DNA of 64,000 nt from an uncultured cyanobacterium (GTDB lineage: Bacteria; Cyanobacteriota; Cyanobacteriia; Phormidesmidales; Phormidesmidaceae), in assembly GCA_963793265.1 (NCBI GenBank), contig CAWBZI010000004.1, positions 192,001 to 256,000 on the forward strand. Reading direction: 5' to 3'. The translations under genes were made by a program, and so were the position numbers. Shown here piece by piece: positions 10,190-20,670 of this stretch (the first letter of the stretch is position 1; each line of letters begins with the position of its first letter). The notes below the pieces were generated by a model. That model ran no database searches. It was not told where the DNA came from and saw only the letters and a list, made by a program, of their open reading frames with translations.

Positions 10190-10465
10190 TCACTCGCCGT
10201 ATCCGCTGAGATAGCCTTCGAGGGCGTTGAAGCGATCGGCATTGAGACTGTAGTACATCCAACGACCCTGCTGGCGGGCGGTAACTAGCCCGGCTTCTTT
10301 GAGAGTTTTGAGGTGAAAGGACAGCTTGGACTGGGCTATGCAGAGGCGATCGCACATGTCGCCTACACAAAATTCGCCTTCCTGTAGCAGTTCAATCACC
10401 TGGATGCGAATGGGCTCTGAGAGGGCGTGAAACCCCGAGAAAACGGTATCTGATGATTTAGCCAT
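10190..10465 (-). CDS. ArsR/SmtB-family transcriptional regulator
   Basis: FHALSEPIRIQV..FCVGDMC..QSKLSFHLKTLKEAGLV..GRWMYYSL. Confidence 0.92.
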   Translation of the reverse strand: MAKSSDTVFSGFHALSEPIRIQVIELLQEGEFCVGDMCDRLCIAQSKLSFHLKTLKEAGLVTARQQGRWMYYSLNADRFNALEGYLSGYGE

Positions 10466-10595
10466 TGTTGTTAAGATTTGACCTGAAATAGCTCCGAGCA
10501 TCCGCGTGATAGGAAAAACCTATGTGACGCTAGATACTGAAAGCTTAAACAAGCCAAATCGATTTGGCCATCCGAACTTATACGATGAAATCAAG

Positions 10596-11429
10596 CTATA
10601 TCAAGAGTTCTCTGGCTGCTGCCACCAGAGATAGCGCGGTAATTGGGGCAGTAACCGCGCGTAATATTACTGAGCCTAGCGCGACTGTTTTGTATTGATA
10701 TGATATGGCAACTGCAATTTCACGCTGCGTCCATCCACCCTCTGGCCCGACGGCTATGACGATGCTAGGTAGATTTTCAGGTGCGGGTTGGGCGCGTTGA
10801 TGCGTGAGCAAATGAGCCAGTAAATGAGGGCGATCGCAACTATCGGTTGCACTTATAGCAGGACTACTGAATTTATTTCGAGCAACACAAATATATTTCA
10901 AAGGGAATTGGTTACTTTTTTCGTTCTGTGCGCTGTGCTGAACTTGCTTCAAACAAGTTTCAAACTGATTGGGATCAAAGACTTCAGGCACGGTGATGCG
11001 TTCGCTTTGTTCGCTAGCTTCTTGCGCAATCCGTCGCCAGCGCGCCAGCTTATTAGCGCTAGGCTTTAGCAGGGTGCGATCGCTCAGCACCGGATAAATA
11101 TGTGTAACCCCTAGCTCTGTGGCCTGTCTGACGACCTGATCGAAGCTATTCCCTTTGGGTAGGGCCGCGATTAGCTGCACAGGCGCGGTTGAGAGCGGAT
11201 CGTTGGACAGAGACTCAATGACTTGAGCACGGTTGTTTTGTTCTGCTAAGGCCGCGAGCCACTGCTGGCCCTGGCCGTTTTGGGCAATGAAGCGATCGCC
11301 CGTCTTTAGCCTGAGCACTCGCAGCAAATAGTGAACCTGATCGCTATCTAGATGGATAAGCGCTGCTGGTGGCGAGCTATTTACAATCGGGTGGTATTGC
11401 TGCTGCTCGATTGTGATTCGTTGAACCAT
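10596..11429 (-). CDS. rsmE: 16S rRNA m3U1498 methyltransferase
   Basis: HYLLRVLRL, QATELGV, EASEQSER, VGPEGGW and LGSVILRAVTA motifs. Confidence 0.95.
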   Translation of the reverse strand: MVQRITIEQQQYHPIVNSSPPAALIHLDSDQVHYLLRVLRLKTGDRFIAQNGQGQQWLAALAEQNNRAQVIESLSNDPLSTAPVQLIAALPKGNSFDQVVRQATELGVTHIYPVLSDRTLLKPSANKLARWRRIAQEASEQSERITVPEVFDPNQFETCLKQVQHSAQNEKSNQFPLKYICVARNKFSSPAISATDSCDRPHLLAHLLTHQRAQPAPENLPSIVIAVGPEGGWTQREIAVAISYQYKTVALGSVILRAVTAPITALSLVAAARELLI

Positions 11430-11515
11430 CGATAAAAAGGTGTCACATCTGCACAGCAATCATCCTAGCGTGTGACGATTCAGGATAGATGCGGATCAAA
11501 GCTGTCATCTGACGG

Positions 11516-11887
11516 CTAGTTTCCCCACTGCACAATTTCTACATAAACGGTAGAGATGCCCGCACTATAAGTACCTAAGTCACGAGCGGCCTGTTCTGTA
11601 ATATCTAAGGCTCCACCAGAGCGGTCGTTGATGCGAACGGTGACCGCTGCTCCGGTATCGGGATGGGTGAGCTGAACTAAAGTGCCAAAGGGCCAGCTTG
11701 GATGTGCGGCGGTGTGGTCATATCGGGAGAAGATTTCGCCGTTAGCGGTGTAGCCGCCGTCGAAACCAGGGCCGTACCAGCTTACTCTCATCTGTTCAGC
11801 TTGGGCTACGCTCGTTAGTCCGACAGGTAGCACTAATAGCCCTGCGCTCAAACTGCTCAGAACACACAGGCGCTCGAAGAAAGACAT
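11516..11887 (-). CDS. RlpA-like (DPBB) secreted protein
   Basis: Signal peptide, SWYGPGF, TANGE, TAAHPSWPFGT, VRINDR; no SPOR domain. Confidence 0.88.
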   Translation of the reverse strand: MSFFERLCVLSSLSAGLLVLPVGLTSVAQAEQMRVSWYGPGFDGGYTANGEIFSRYDHTAAHPSWPFGTLVQLTHPDTGAAVTVRINDRSGGALDITEQAARDLGTYSAGISTVYVEIVQWGN

Positions 11888-12072
11888 TGATACATTCCTT
11901 AATGTTTTTTCGAGAGCATTATCCCAAGGGATGATGCGAAATGCAATGTTCCCTGATGGAGCACCATTTGTAGGGCGTGTTTAAGTAGATATTTGTTTGA
12001 ATTTTCAGTGACTCAATCTAGTGCGTTAGCGTATGGAAGGCTTTTGTATTGATTGGAATGACTCTGTAAACC

Positions 12073-13110
12073 ATGCATTTTCACCATTTACATTTCTACG
12101 TTGAAGATGTGGCTTTTTGGCAGGATTGGTTTATTCGTAAGCTAGCTTTTCGCCTAAGGCCAGCGGACGGATCTTCTGGTGACGGTATGCGAGTGCTGGT
12201 GCAGGGCGCGATTGAAGTGCGGCTTTCAAGTGGCGCTAAGGCTCATTCGTACTTGCAGCAGCATCCGCCAGGACTGGTAGATGTGGGCCTAGCGACGGAT
12301 CGTTTTGATCAGGTTTTGGCGCGATCGCTCTCTGCTGGTGCAAACCTGCTCAATGAAGTGAATATTAACCGCGACGGCCAGCGGCAGTGTCAGCTACAGG
12401 GCTGGGCTGATTTGCGGCATACCCTGGTAGAGGTTCCGCCGCAGTGGATAGCAGAACGAGCTATTGATACGGCTGCTGACAGGCTTTTGAGCATTGATCA
12501 TGTGGTGCTGAACGTACCGCGTGGCGAGCTAGCGGCAGCTTCATCCTGGTACCAGGCGGTTTTTGGGCTAGTGCCGGGCCAGCAGTTTGATATCACCACG
12601 GCGCGCTCAAGCCTGCGCTCTCAGGTGTTGGTACATCCTCACGGGACGCTGCAGCTGCCGATTAATGAGCCGACTTCGGATAATTCGCAGATTCAGGAGT
12701 TTCTACATCACAATCGGGGCGCTGGGATTCAGCATGTGGCGCTGCGTAGTGCGGATGCGGTGGGGGCGATCGCGCACTTTAGGCAGCAGCAACTCGCATT
12801 AATTGATGTGCCGACGACTTACTACGAAGGGTTGCATCAGCGGCTAGACTGTCCGGCAGATAGTATCTCGGCAGCTAGCCAGCAGCAGCTATTGCTCGAC
12901 TGGGCTGAAGGCGGGCGGCAGGGGACGCTTTTACAGACATTTACTAAGCCGATTTTTGCAGAGCCTACTTTCTTTTTTGAGATTATTGAGCGGGGGCTTT
13001 ATGTGGAGCACGGCCAGATTAAACAGGCTCAGGGGTTTGGTGAAGGTAATTTTCAGGCATTGTTTGAGGCGATTGAGCGGGCTCAGCTAGAACGTGGAAG
13101 CTTGAGCTGA
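12073..13110 (+). CDS. hppD: 4-hydroxyphenylpyruvate dioxygenase
   Basis: IDHVVLNV, LPINEP, SQIQEFL, GIQHVAL, FFEIIER and GFGEGNFQALFEAIE motifs. Confidence 0.95.
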   Translation: MHFHHLHFYVEDVAFWQDWFIRKLAFRLRPADGSSGDGMRVLVQGAIEVRLSSGAKAHSYLQQHPPGLVDVGLATDRFDQVLARSLSAGANLLNEVNINRDGQRQCQLQGWADLRHTLVEVPPQWIAERAIDTAADRLLSIDHVVLNVPRGELAAASSWYQAVFGLVPGQQFDITTARSSLRSQVLVHPHGTLQLPINEPTSDNSQIQEFLHHNRGAGIQHVALRSADAVGAIAHFRQQQLALIDVPTTYYEGLHQRLDCPADSISAASQQQLLLDWAEGGRQGTLLQTFTKPIFAEPTFFFEIIERGLYVEHGQIKQAQGFGEGNFQALFEAIERAQLERGSLS

Positions 13111-13132
13111 GGATTTTCGATCAAAACATGAC

Positions 13133-13169
13133 AAAAAGCCCTTCGATTCAACAGCTGAATCGAAGGGCT
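13133..13169 (-). terminator. Intrinsic terminator between convergent hppD and cpp1-like genes
   Basis: Perfect 14-bp stem AGCCCTTCGATTCA / TGAATCGAAGGGCT, preceded by an A-tract. Confidence 0.8.
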
Positions 13170-13225
13170 CCATAATTGGCGTTTATTGATTGGCGTTTAG
13201 TTAACTTGGCACTTACTGATAGTGA

Positions 13226-13870
13226 TTAGCGTAGAAAACCTGTCTCGAACCACAGTACGACTAGCGTGATACTAGCTGCTAAAGATGATACCTGAGCTTG
13301 GGGAAGGGCGGTTCCTTGGCTAGTAAATATCTGCACGACGACAAAGCCTAGTCCTAAGCCGATGAGTAAGCCAAGACTGGTAATGCCTAGCGATCGCCAC
13401 AGCTTGCGAGTCTTTTTGTTTAAGAAGTAAATAGCCGCAATCATTCCAAGCGCTAGTGCGGTGGGTGCCCCTAAAGCCTCGCCGGATGACGGTATCCACG
13501 TGAGCCCTACGAGCAGGGCGAAAACGATGGAAGGCCAAAGCAGTTCGCTGCTGCTCTCAGGCTGATCGAGCAGGTCGGAGAACCATTGCGGCCCGCCGTT
13601 GCTGAGCGGCCCAGCGTCTGAAGAGACTGAGACTTTTGGCTTGGCCTGTTTTTCGGCAAAGCGAATTCTATCGGGCACTTTGATCTTGCCCTCTTGGCGC
13701 AGCCGCAGGCGTTCCATCAAAATGGCGTCATAGGCCGCTTCAATCGTTTCCTTTTTTTGTGGACTATCTTCGTAATCAGCGACTAAGCGTTTACGAGCAG
13801 ACTGCACCTCTTCAAAAGAAGATGCTTCTGTGAGTCCTAACGTTTCGTAGTGAACGTTTTGTTCGCTCAT
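13226..13870 (-). CDS. CPP1-like (chaperone-like protein of POR1, DUF3353) membrane protein
   Basis: J-like N-terminus YETLGL..ASFEEV, IEAAYDAILMERLRLRQEGKIKVPDRIRF, and C-terminal TM helices. Confidence 0.9.
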   Translation of the reverse strand: MSEQNVHYETLGLTEASSFEEVQSARKRLVADYEDSPQKKETIEAAYDAILMERLRLRQEGKIKVPDRIRFAEKQAKPKVSVSSDAGPLSNGGPQWFSDLLDQPESSSELLWPSIVFALLVGLTWIPSSGEALGAPTALALGMIAAIYFLNKKTRKLWRSLGITSLGLLIGLGLGFVVVQIFTSQGTALPQAQVSSLAASITLVVLWFETGFLR

Positions 13871-14335
13871 CCCTAACTCTCCGAATCGATTTGGCTCTTA
13901 AGCGGCTAAACCCGTAGCTAAACCACAGAAGCCCTAAAGCTCTGACGGCATAAAAACACACAGATATAGTGTAGCTGTGGATCGCCCGAAACGAAAACGG
14001 CTGAGGGCTGAGTCTTTGGAAAAATTGATACTTCAATCGTGCTCAGCGGCGGATGTCTAGCGGATGTCTATCGCAATGAGTCGCATACATCTATATAAAG
14101 GGCGGATATTCGTTATTTTTGGCGGCTAATCCCTCCGATAAAAGATGCTTTTTTTGCTAAGGTGTGAATGCCTTATTAAAAAGTTTACTGAATCTTCTAA
14201 AATATCGAGAAGTAAAGTAAAGAAACCCCACAACTGCGCTGTTTAAAGATTAGGTCATCTTGATTTAGACGATCTCAATTTCTTTGCTGCTCGCGCTACC
14301 TACATTTATTTGCTTTAGTACCAGGATTCTCAATT

Positions 14336-15049
14336 ATGGCCGCTGCCAAAATCCTCGTGGTTGATGACGAACCCGCTATCCGTAATCTTATCCATCGATT
14401 CTTAGCCAAGCAGGACTACCAAATGGAGTCGGCTGAAGATGGAAAAAGCGCGCTGACGGTTTTTGAGCAGTTCAATCCCGATTTGGTGATTTTAGATGTT
14501 AATTTGCCTGATGCGAATGGCTACGACCTCTGTAAGGAGATGCAGTCGCGCACGGGTGTGTTTGTATTGATGCTGACAAGCCGCACGGATGAGGCTGATA
14601 AAATTCGCGGCTTCAATACGGGCGCAGATGACTACATTACTAAGCCGTTTAGTCTAGGTGAGCTAGAAGTGCGCTTGGGCGCAATTCTGAAACGTCAGCG
14701 TCCGGTAACGGTGGCCGAACAGCAGTGTCTTACCTTCAACAAGCTCTCGATCGATCCGATTCGCCGTGAGGTGACGCTAGCGAGCGATTTGGTGCCGCTG
14801 ACGGCTTTGGAGTTTGATTTGCTGCACTTTTTGGCGGGCCATCCAGGGCGCGTGTGGCGGCGCTCGGAGCTAATCCAAAAGGTTTGGGACTATGAGTATG
14901 TGGGCGATCAAAGGGTGGTCGATGTGCACATTGGGCAGATCAGAAAGAAGATTGAGATTGATACGACGCAGCCGACGCTGATTCAGACGGTGCGTGGGGT
15001 GGGCTATAAGTTTGAGCCCCCTGAGGATATGCAGGCTGAGGAAGCTTAG
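14336..15049 (+). CDS. OmpR-family response regulator (orphan)
   Basis: Receiver domain plus winged helix (LTALEFDLL, VVDVHIGQIRKK, IQTVRGVGY). Confidence 0.95.
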   Translation: MAAAKILVVDDEPAIRNLIHRFLAKQDYQMESAEDGKSALTVFEQFNPDLVILDVNLPDANGYDLCKEMQSRTGVFVLMLTSRTDEADKIRGFNTGADDYITKPFSLGELEVRLGAILKRQRPVTVAEQQCLTFNKLSIDPIRREVTLASDLVPLTALEFDLLHFLAGHPGRVWRRSELIQKVWDYEYVGDQRVVDVHIGQIRKKIEIDTTQPTLIQTVRGVGYKFEPPEDMQAEEA

Positions 15050-15084
15050 GGTTAGCTTTTGAGGGTCGGTAGATGCAGTTGAGT

Positions 15085-15121
15085 GAGGGCCTTACTTGTA
15101 GATGTATAAGTAAGGCTCTTT
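15085..15121. terminator. Terminator-like hairpin between convergent genes
   Basis: AGGGCCTTACTT / AAGTAAGGCTCT stem followed by T residues. Confidence 0.65.
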
Positions 15122-15145
15122 ACGTTGACGGTGCGCTCTGGCAGT

Positions 15146-16666
15146 TCATTTTTTGTTTTTGTGATGCTGGTTACGGACTTTCCAGGCGAGGCTGATGAGC
15201 TTGCTCCAGCGGCGCTCGACGCGCTTGGGTGTCCACTTCAAAGCTTGAGCGATCGCAACATCACTCGGCCCCTGCTCAGGATTTTCTAGCTGCTTTTGTT
15301 TCAGCGCGAGCAGTTGCGTTTGCTCATCGGTAAGCTGCGCCAGATAAATGCTCCACTCGCTAGGCGACAGGCCAAAGTTTTTATCTAGGTCTGCGCCGAG
15401 CCACTGGTGCACTAGCTCCCAGCGGTGAGACTGAGCGAACTTTTCGACGTGGTACTTGAAGCGCTGCTGCAAGTAGTCACGCTGACGAGCGGTGAGCCCA
15501 AGCACTTCATCAATTTCAGAAGCGGCCATGTCTTGCAGGCGTAGCACCAGATAGTCTACGCAGCCCTGCTGGTCTTGCTCTTCTAGATAGGTAATTAGCT
15601 CTTTGATGATACGATCGCGCAGCACTGACTCAGAGGGATCGACGGTATTGGCGACCATCTTTTCTCGAATCTGCTGAATTGCAGGCGAGCGAAAGAAGCC
15701 ATCGGCATCATCCCCTTTAGGTGAGTCTACGGCCATTTCGATATCGACCGACGTTTCAGCCGGGAGCCGACGCGCGAATGCTTGGGCGCGAAGGACGACG
15801 AGCTGCTGGTTGTAGCAGCCGGGCAGTGAGATTCGGCGCTTGGCATAGTGCTCGCTAAAGGCCATGTACTCTGAGAGTTCTAGGCGAGTGCGCGGCGTGT
15901 ATTCAGCGCCGAGGTTGTTTTCACGGCGGAAGGCTTTGAGCACCTCTATATAAAAGCCTTGGAGAAAGTCTTCTAGTAGGGTGCAGCGGCCCTGGAAGCC
16001 AAGCTGGGTGCGGGCAGGGGCGATGTAGCGATAGGCAATAGCGCTCAAACGGCTGTGTAGCTCAACTCGGCCCTGGCGTGAGCCTAAGAGGTAGTAGTCA
16101 AGGTACTTTTTGACCCGGTTTTGGGCGAGCGATCGCTGCCAGGCAGTGACTTCTCCTGACGCTTGAATGCGCGCGCTTTTGCGACAGATGCGCGTAACTT
16201 CAATTGCCAAACGAGTCGCGACTGCGTTTACAACCTTTTGACTGGTAGTGATTTTCTCGTTGATTTCAACGGTAAGAAAGTCAATGAGCTTTTGATCGAC
16301 CGGGCAAAGCGCCTGTTCGTCACCAGCGGCGAGTGCAGGCGTGCTGCTGCTAATAATCTCTTCAGAAGGCGCTGGTTTTGTATTCTCGGCTGCTGGCGTA
16401 GGAGAAATCTCTTTCTCTGAAACCTTTTCCTGCGGCTTTTGAGAGGGTTGTTCTACTGTTTGTGATGGCGTCTTGTTGCTGGCAACAGGCGTTTCAGTGA
16501 CGGGGGCGTTAGAGACAGAAGCAGGGTTTTTTCGGCGTTCGTCCGGATGCTTCTTTACGGAGTCGGTAGTATAAAAAACAGCGTTGGTTGCGTGGTTGGT
16601 AGTGGCTTCGTTAGATAGGGGGTTAAACATGGCAGATGGATTTATATATTCTTTTTCGTGAGGCAC
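15146..16666 (-). CDS. HetZ-related protein
   Basis: RIQASG, LGSRQGRVELHS, EDFLQGFYIE..AFRREN, EYMAFSE.YAKRRI and RQRDYLQQRFKYH match HetZ-family motifs; long low-complexity N-terminus. Confidence 0.88.
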   Translation of the reverse strand: MPHEKEYINPSAMFNPLSNEATTNHATNAVFYTTDSVKKHPDERRKNPASVSNAPVTETPVASNKTPSQTVEQPSQKPQEKVSEKEISPTPAAENTKPAPSEEIISSSTPALAAGDEQALCPVDQKLIDFLTVEINEKITTSQKVVNAVATRLAIEVTRICRKSARIQASGEVTAWQRSLAQNRVKKYLDYYLLGSRQGRVELHSRLSAIAYRYIAPARTQLGFQGRCTLLEDFLQGFYIEVLKAFRRENNLGAEYTPRTRLELSEYMAFSEHYAKRRISLPGCYNQQLVVLRAQAFARRLPAETSVDIEMAVDSPKGDDADGFFRSPAIQQIREKMVANTVDPSESVLRDRIIKELITYLEEQDQQGCVDYLVLRLQDMAASEIDEVLGLTARQRDYLQQRFKYHVEKFAQSHRWELVHQWLGADLDKNFGLSPSEWSIYLAQLTDEQTQLLALKQKQLENPEQGPSDVAIAQALKWTPKRVERRWSKLISLAWKVRNQHHKNKK

Positions 16667-16972
16667 AAGCGTCGTGATGGAAGGGCTTTCCCCGGTTCGA
16701 CAGTTTCACTCTAGAGAATATGAATCCAATCCATTTGAATCGGTGTGGCAGAATCACAATCAACTGTCACATGGCAACTGTCACATGCAAGCGCTGTCTC
16801 AAATTGGTTTTTCATAGATGGGCCTGAGGTCTTTGATAGATAAGGGCTGTGACGTTCAAAGTCGCAGACAATCTGATGTTCTATCAACGCTGTGAGGGGT
16901 ATGGGCCTGCTATGACAGTTGCGCGAAAGGTCTATTGCACATGCGCTCGCGCGCTTTTCAATAGGCTTGGGG

Positions 16973-17632
16973 CTAGTGGCTTAGCTGGGCTCCCCACTCT
17001 ATGGCTTTTTGCCAGTCGAGTCCCTGACGGGTGACGGTGGGAAGGTCACTCGTGAGGTCAAGAATTGTAGACACCTGATACCTGAGATCAGAATCACTAT
17101 CAAGAATTACGTCTACTTGCTTATCCATCCGGTCGAACAAATCTGCTTTTGATAAAGCTTCGATATCATCTTCCGTAGAATTACGAACAATAGATAAAGC
17201 CGATGTGGAAATTACGGGGTTGTCTAGTGATTCAATCAGCGCTTTACAGATCGGGCTTTTAGGGACGCGGATCCCGGTAGTGCGGCGTTTGGGGTTGACG
17301 ACGAGTTTAGGTACTGATTTTGTGGCAGGTAGCAAAAAGGTGTAAGGGCCAGGAATGAGGTGCTTGATAATGCGATAGGCCGGGTCGCTGACGTGGGCGT
17401 AGCTGGCGATGTTAGAGAGCGAGGAACAGAGGAATGTGAGCGGTTTGTCGTTGGCGATCTGTTTGAGCTGACGCACTCTTTTGATTGCACTTTTATCGCT
17501 CAGGTCGCAGCCGATGGCGTACACCGTGTCGGTGGGGTAGAGCATGATTGCGCCCTGGCGTAGGGCTTTTTTAACGGCCTCTATTTCTCGGGTTTGAGGC
17601 GTTTCAGGATGGATGTTATAGACCTTGGCCAT
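16973..17632 (-). CDS. Sua5/YrdC/YciO family protein (threonylcarbamoyl-AMP synthase-like)
   Basis: YPTDTVYAIGC, PGPYTFLL, GIRVP and ISTSA motifs. Confidence 0.93.
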   Translation of the reverse strand: MAKVYNIHPETPQTREIEAVKKALRQGAIMLYPTDTVYAIGCDLSDKSAIKRVRQLKQIANDKPLTFLCSSLSNIASYAHVSDPAYRIIKHLIPGPYTFLLPATKSVPKLVVNPKRRTTGIRVPKSPICKALIESLDNPVISTSALSIVRNSTEDDIEALSKADLFDRMDKQVDVILDSDSDLRYQVSTILDLTSDLPTVTRQGLDWQKAIEWGAQLSH

Positions 17633-17790
17633 GGTTGTTATTGGGGCGGTAGCGCGAATAGGGAACTGTTAGCGTCGGCCAAAGTTGGCTTTGTCTTGAC
17701 CTTTGTTAGGCTTGATAAGCTTTTGTTAGGGCTTCTTTGGCACGATCTTCCCTTAATAGATGCTGTTTATCCTCGAATGGCACCGCACTT

Positions 17791-19092
17791 ATGAAAACGT
17801 TAGCTTACTTAGACTGTCCGACAGGTATCTCGGGTGATATGTGTTTGGGCGCTTTGGTTCATGCGGGAGTACCTCTGACTTATTTACAAGCTCAGCTCGC
17901 TCGGTTAGGCATTCAAGATGAGTTTCGGCTGCGGGCTGAGTCGGTGCTGCGCAATCAGCAGGCGGCGACTAAGGTTTATGTGGATTTGCTGCACGGTGAT
18001 GATGTTTGTGATCATCACCATCACCACGAACACCATGACAAACATCATCATGACCACAGCCATAGCGGACGACGGCTGCCTGAGATTGAGGCGTTAATTC
18101 AGCAGGCTGACTTGCCAGCGCGGGCAGCAGCTTGGAGTCTGGCGGTGTTCCGTCTGTTGGCTAAAGCTGAGGCAGCGGTGCATGGGATTCCGTCGGAGCA
18201 GGTGCATTTTCATGAGGTGGGGGCGACCGATGCAATTGTAGATATTGTCGGGACGTGTTTGGGACTCGACTGGCTGAAGGTAGATGGGCTGGTGTGTTCG
18301 CCTTTGCCGACAGGGGGAGGGACGGTGCGCTGTGAGCATGGGCTGCTGCCGGTGCCTGCGCCTGCGGTGCTGAGTATGATGGCGAGTGTGAATATGCCAG
18401 TGTATAGCAATGGGATTGAGCGGGAATTGGTGACGCCGACAGGGTGTGCGATCGCTGCCACGCTAGCCGATAGTTTCGGCCCACCACCACAATTCAACTT
18501 ACAAAAGGTGGGCTTAGGGGCAGGTGGTCGTGATTTGGTACTGCCGAATATTTTGCGGCTGTGGATTGGGACAGTGGAAGGCGATCGCACTCAACCAGCA
18601 GCGCACGTAGGACATACACATGCAGAACCTACAGCTAAAGAAGTGCCTGAAACTGAGACGGTTGTAGAGCTGCAAACTCAGCTAGACGATATTTCTCCAC
18701 AGGCGATCGCCTACGTCCTCGATCTTCTTCTCAAAGCGGGTGCACTAGATGTCTTCACTCAGCCAGTGACCATGAAAAAAAGTCGCTTAGGCACGCTGCT
18801 AACGGTGCTATGCCATGAAGACAAAGCAGCGGCCTGTGAGTCGTTACTATTTCGCGAGACGACAACGTTGGGGGTGCGACGTACGCAGCAAAGTCGTTCG
18901 GTATTGGCTAGAGAAATGATGACTGTGGCGACCGACTACGGCGAGATTCCGGTAAAAGTAGCACGGGCTCAGGCAGGCGGCGAGGTGCTGAACGTGCAGC
19001 CGGAGTATGAGGACTGTGCGATCGCTGCTAGGTCGCACAACATCCCATGGCAGCAGGTACATCAGGCGGCGCTGTCCTCCTTTAGTCTCTAG
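17791..19092 (+). CDS. larC: Nickel-pincer cofactor Ni-insertase LarC
   Basis: GISGDM, His-rich tract, [36 protein letters not shown] and PEYED motifs. Confidence 0.95.
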   Translation: MKTLAYLDCPTGISGDMCLGALVHAGVPLTYLQAQLARLGIQDEFRLRAESVLRNQQAATKVYVDLLHGDDVCDHHHHHEHHDKHHHDHSHSGRRLPEIEALIQQADLPARAAAWSLAVFRLLAKAEAAVHGIPSEQVHFHEVGATDAIVDIVGTCLGLDWLKVDGLVCSPLPTGGGTVRCEHGLLPVPAPAVLSMMASVNMPVYSNGIERELVTPTGCAIAATLADSFGPPPQFNLQKVGLGAGGRDLVLPNILRLWIGTVEGDRTQPAAHVGHTHAEPTAKEVPETETVVELQTQLDDISPQAIAYVLDLLLKAGALDVFTQPVTMKKSRLGTLLTVLCHEDKAAACESLLFRETTTLGVRRTQQSRSVLAREMMTVATDYGEIPVKVARAQAGGEVLNVQPEYEDCAIAARSHNIPWQQVHQAALSSFSL

Positions 19093-20465
19093 TCAGCCAG
19101 GCTTTGCCTTTTCTCTAGCTCAAGTTTGGCTCGTTTTTGAGCGGCTCTAAAGCTGCGAGAGAAAATCCGAAATTCATCGGCAGTCACAGGGCTGGCGTCG
19201 GTGTGCTTAGCAGATACCTGTACAAGGTTGTACTCTACGTTGTCGCTGTAGATAGCAAAGGTGACGCCGCAGATTTCTAGGAACTGAATAATGCTTCTGC
19301 ATTCGGCTTCCATGAACTGCTTGTAGTAGGCAATGAGGTTTGCCAAACGAGCCTCTAAATAGAGCAGAGAGTTGGGCGATATCAAGATAACTTTCAGCAA
19401 AACGACGACGACATTGAGTGGATTGCCGTGAGAGAGCAGCCGCGCGAATAGCATGGAAGGCATATTTTGATCTTCTGTGGTGAGATAGTCAATCAGTCGA
19501 TTGCAGGTTCTAAGGTTTAGAGACGGATCAACGGTGTCGGCATCGAACTCTTTATAGATATCAGGCAGCTTTGGGCCGAGCTGACGTTCTAATAAGCTCA
19601 AAAAATCAGGATCGCTAATTGAAAAGCACAGGTATTCAAGCAGGCTTTCTTTGTAGTCTGCGTAGTCGGCTTCGAGGGTTTGCTGCTGAAACAGGCGCGC
19701 GACGTTGCGATAGCTGTATTTGCCCCTGCGAATAAGGATGGCCTTAATCAGCATCAGCACTTCATCCCCTAGCACGGTGGGATTGATGTACTTGTGGTTG
19801 AGCCGAGAGGAGTTTTGCGAAAAGGCTGTGTACATCGCCAGATCGTGCTTGTACTTATTTTTTAGCCGCTTTGAGAGGGTGCGGGCAGCTTCGCGCTGTT
19901 CTAGTGAGTTGTTTTCATCAACGTATTGGGCGATGAGCTGATATGCAGCGTAGCGGGTGCTCCAAGTGCCGGTTTCGGTGGGGCCGATGCGCTGAATAGC
20001 AAATAGCTGAAGCTCCTCAAAGTCTTTGCTTTCAGCGAAGTTGGTCAGCCATTGTCGCAATCGCTTGAGACTAGGGGAAAGCGTGCTTTTGGTAAGGCTA
20101 GGCTGGGTAAATAGCTCCAGTAGGGTGTGCAGCATGTCGCCCTGGCGAGCGAGATCCCAGTTGTTTACAAAGATGTAGCAGGCACGTTTGAGGGTGTTGC
20201 GAAACTCGGCTTCGTCATCTGCAAACAGTATCTTGTAAAGGAAGGGCGATACGTCTGCATCAAGTGAGTTGCTGTGGCCAAAAAAGATTGATTCAAACTC
20301 TGCGAGGGCTTCGGCAGGTGAGCTTTTGCGGACGGCTTCTAGCAAATCGTCATAAATCTGCTGCTGTGCGACGTAGAAGTCCATCGACATCTGGCGATTT
20401 GAATTACTTTGGCCGCTGCCTTCAGGCGGTTGGTTTTGATATTGAAATTTGCTACCTACAACCAT
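19089..20465 (-). CDS. Conserved cyanobacterial hypothetical protein (alpha-helical)
   Basis: 458-aa ORF with no catalytic motif recognised; convergent 4-bp overlap with larC. Confidence 0.8.
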   Translation of the reverse strand: MVVGSKFQYQNQPPEGSGQSNSNRQMSMDFYVAQQQIYDDLLEAVRKSSPAEALAEFESIFFGHSNSLDADVSPFLYKILFADDEAEFRNTLKRACYIFVNNWDLARQGDMLHTLLELFTQPSLTKSTLSPSLKRLRQWLTNFAESKDFEELQLFAIQRIGPTETGTWSTRYAAYQLIAQYVDENNSLEQREAARTLSKRLKNKYKHDLAMYTAFSQNSSRLNHKYINPTVLGDEVLMLIKAILIRRGKYSYRNVARLFQQQTLEADYADYKESLLEYLCFSISDPDFLSLLERQLGPKLPDIYKEFDADTVDPSLNLRTCNRLIDYLTTEDQNMPSMLFARLLSHGNPLNVVVVLLKVILISPNSLLYLEARLANLIAYYKQFMEAECRSIIQFLEICGVTFAIYSDNVEYNLVQVSAKHTDASPVTADEFRIFSRSFRAAQKRAKLELEKRQSLAD

Positions 20466-20586
20466 CGCAACACACTTAACTAGATAAAGAGCAAACTAAA
20501 GGGCGGAGCTACACCCGCATAGATTGCCCGCTACTAGCGATAAAAGTCGTATTTGATTGATTTAAGTTGATAAGTGAAGTTATTGA

Positions 20587-20670
20587 TGGGGGCGGGGGGA
20601 CTTGAACCCCCACGACTTTTACAGTCAACGGATTTTAAATCCGCAGCGTCTACCATTCCGCCACGCCCCC
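20587..20670 (-). tRNA. trnL: tRNA-Leu (anticodon UAA), intron-less, CCA not encoded
   Basis: Reverse complement GGGGGCGTGGCGGAATGGTAGACGCTGCGGATTTAAAATCCGTTGACTGTAAAAGTCGTGGGGGTTCAAGTCCCCCCGCCCCCA: 7-bp acceptor stem, anticodon loop TT-TAA-AA, long variable arm, GGTTCAA T-loop. Confidence 0.97.

Noticed and set aside
14336..15049. Assigning rpaA, rpaB or srrA to the OmpR regulator
   Set aside because: Orthology cannot be resolved by eye without a phylogeny.
19089..20670. Genomic island integrated at tRNA-Leu
   Set aside because: No integrase and no duplicated tRNA 3' end were seen, and the flanking genes look like core genes.
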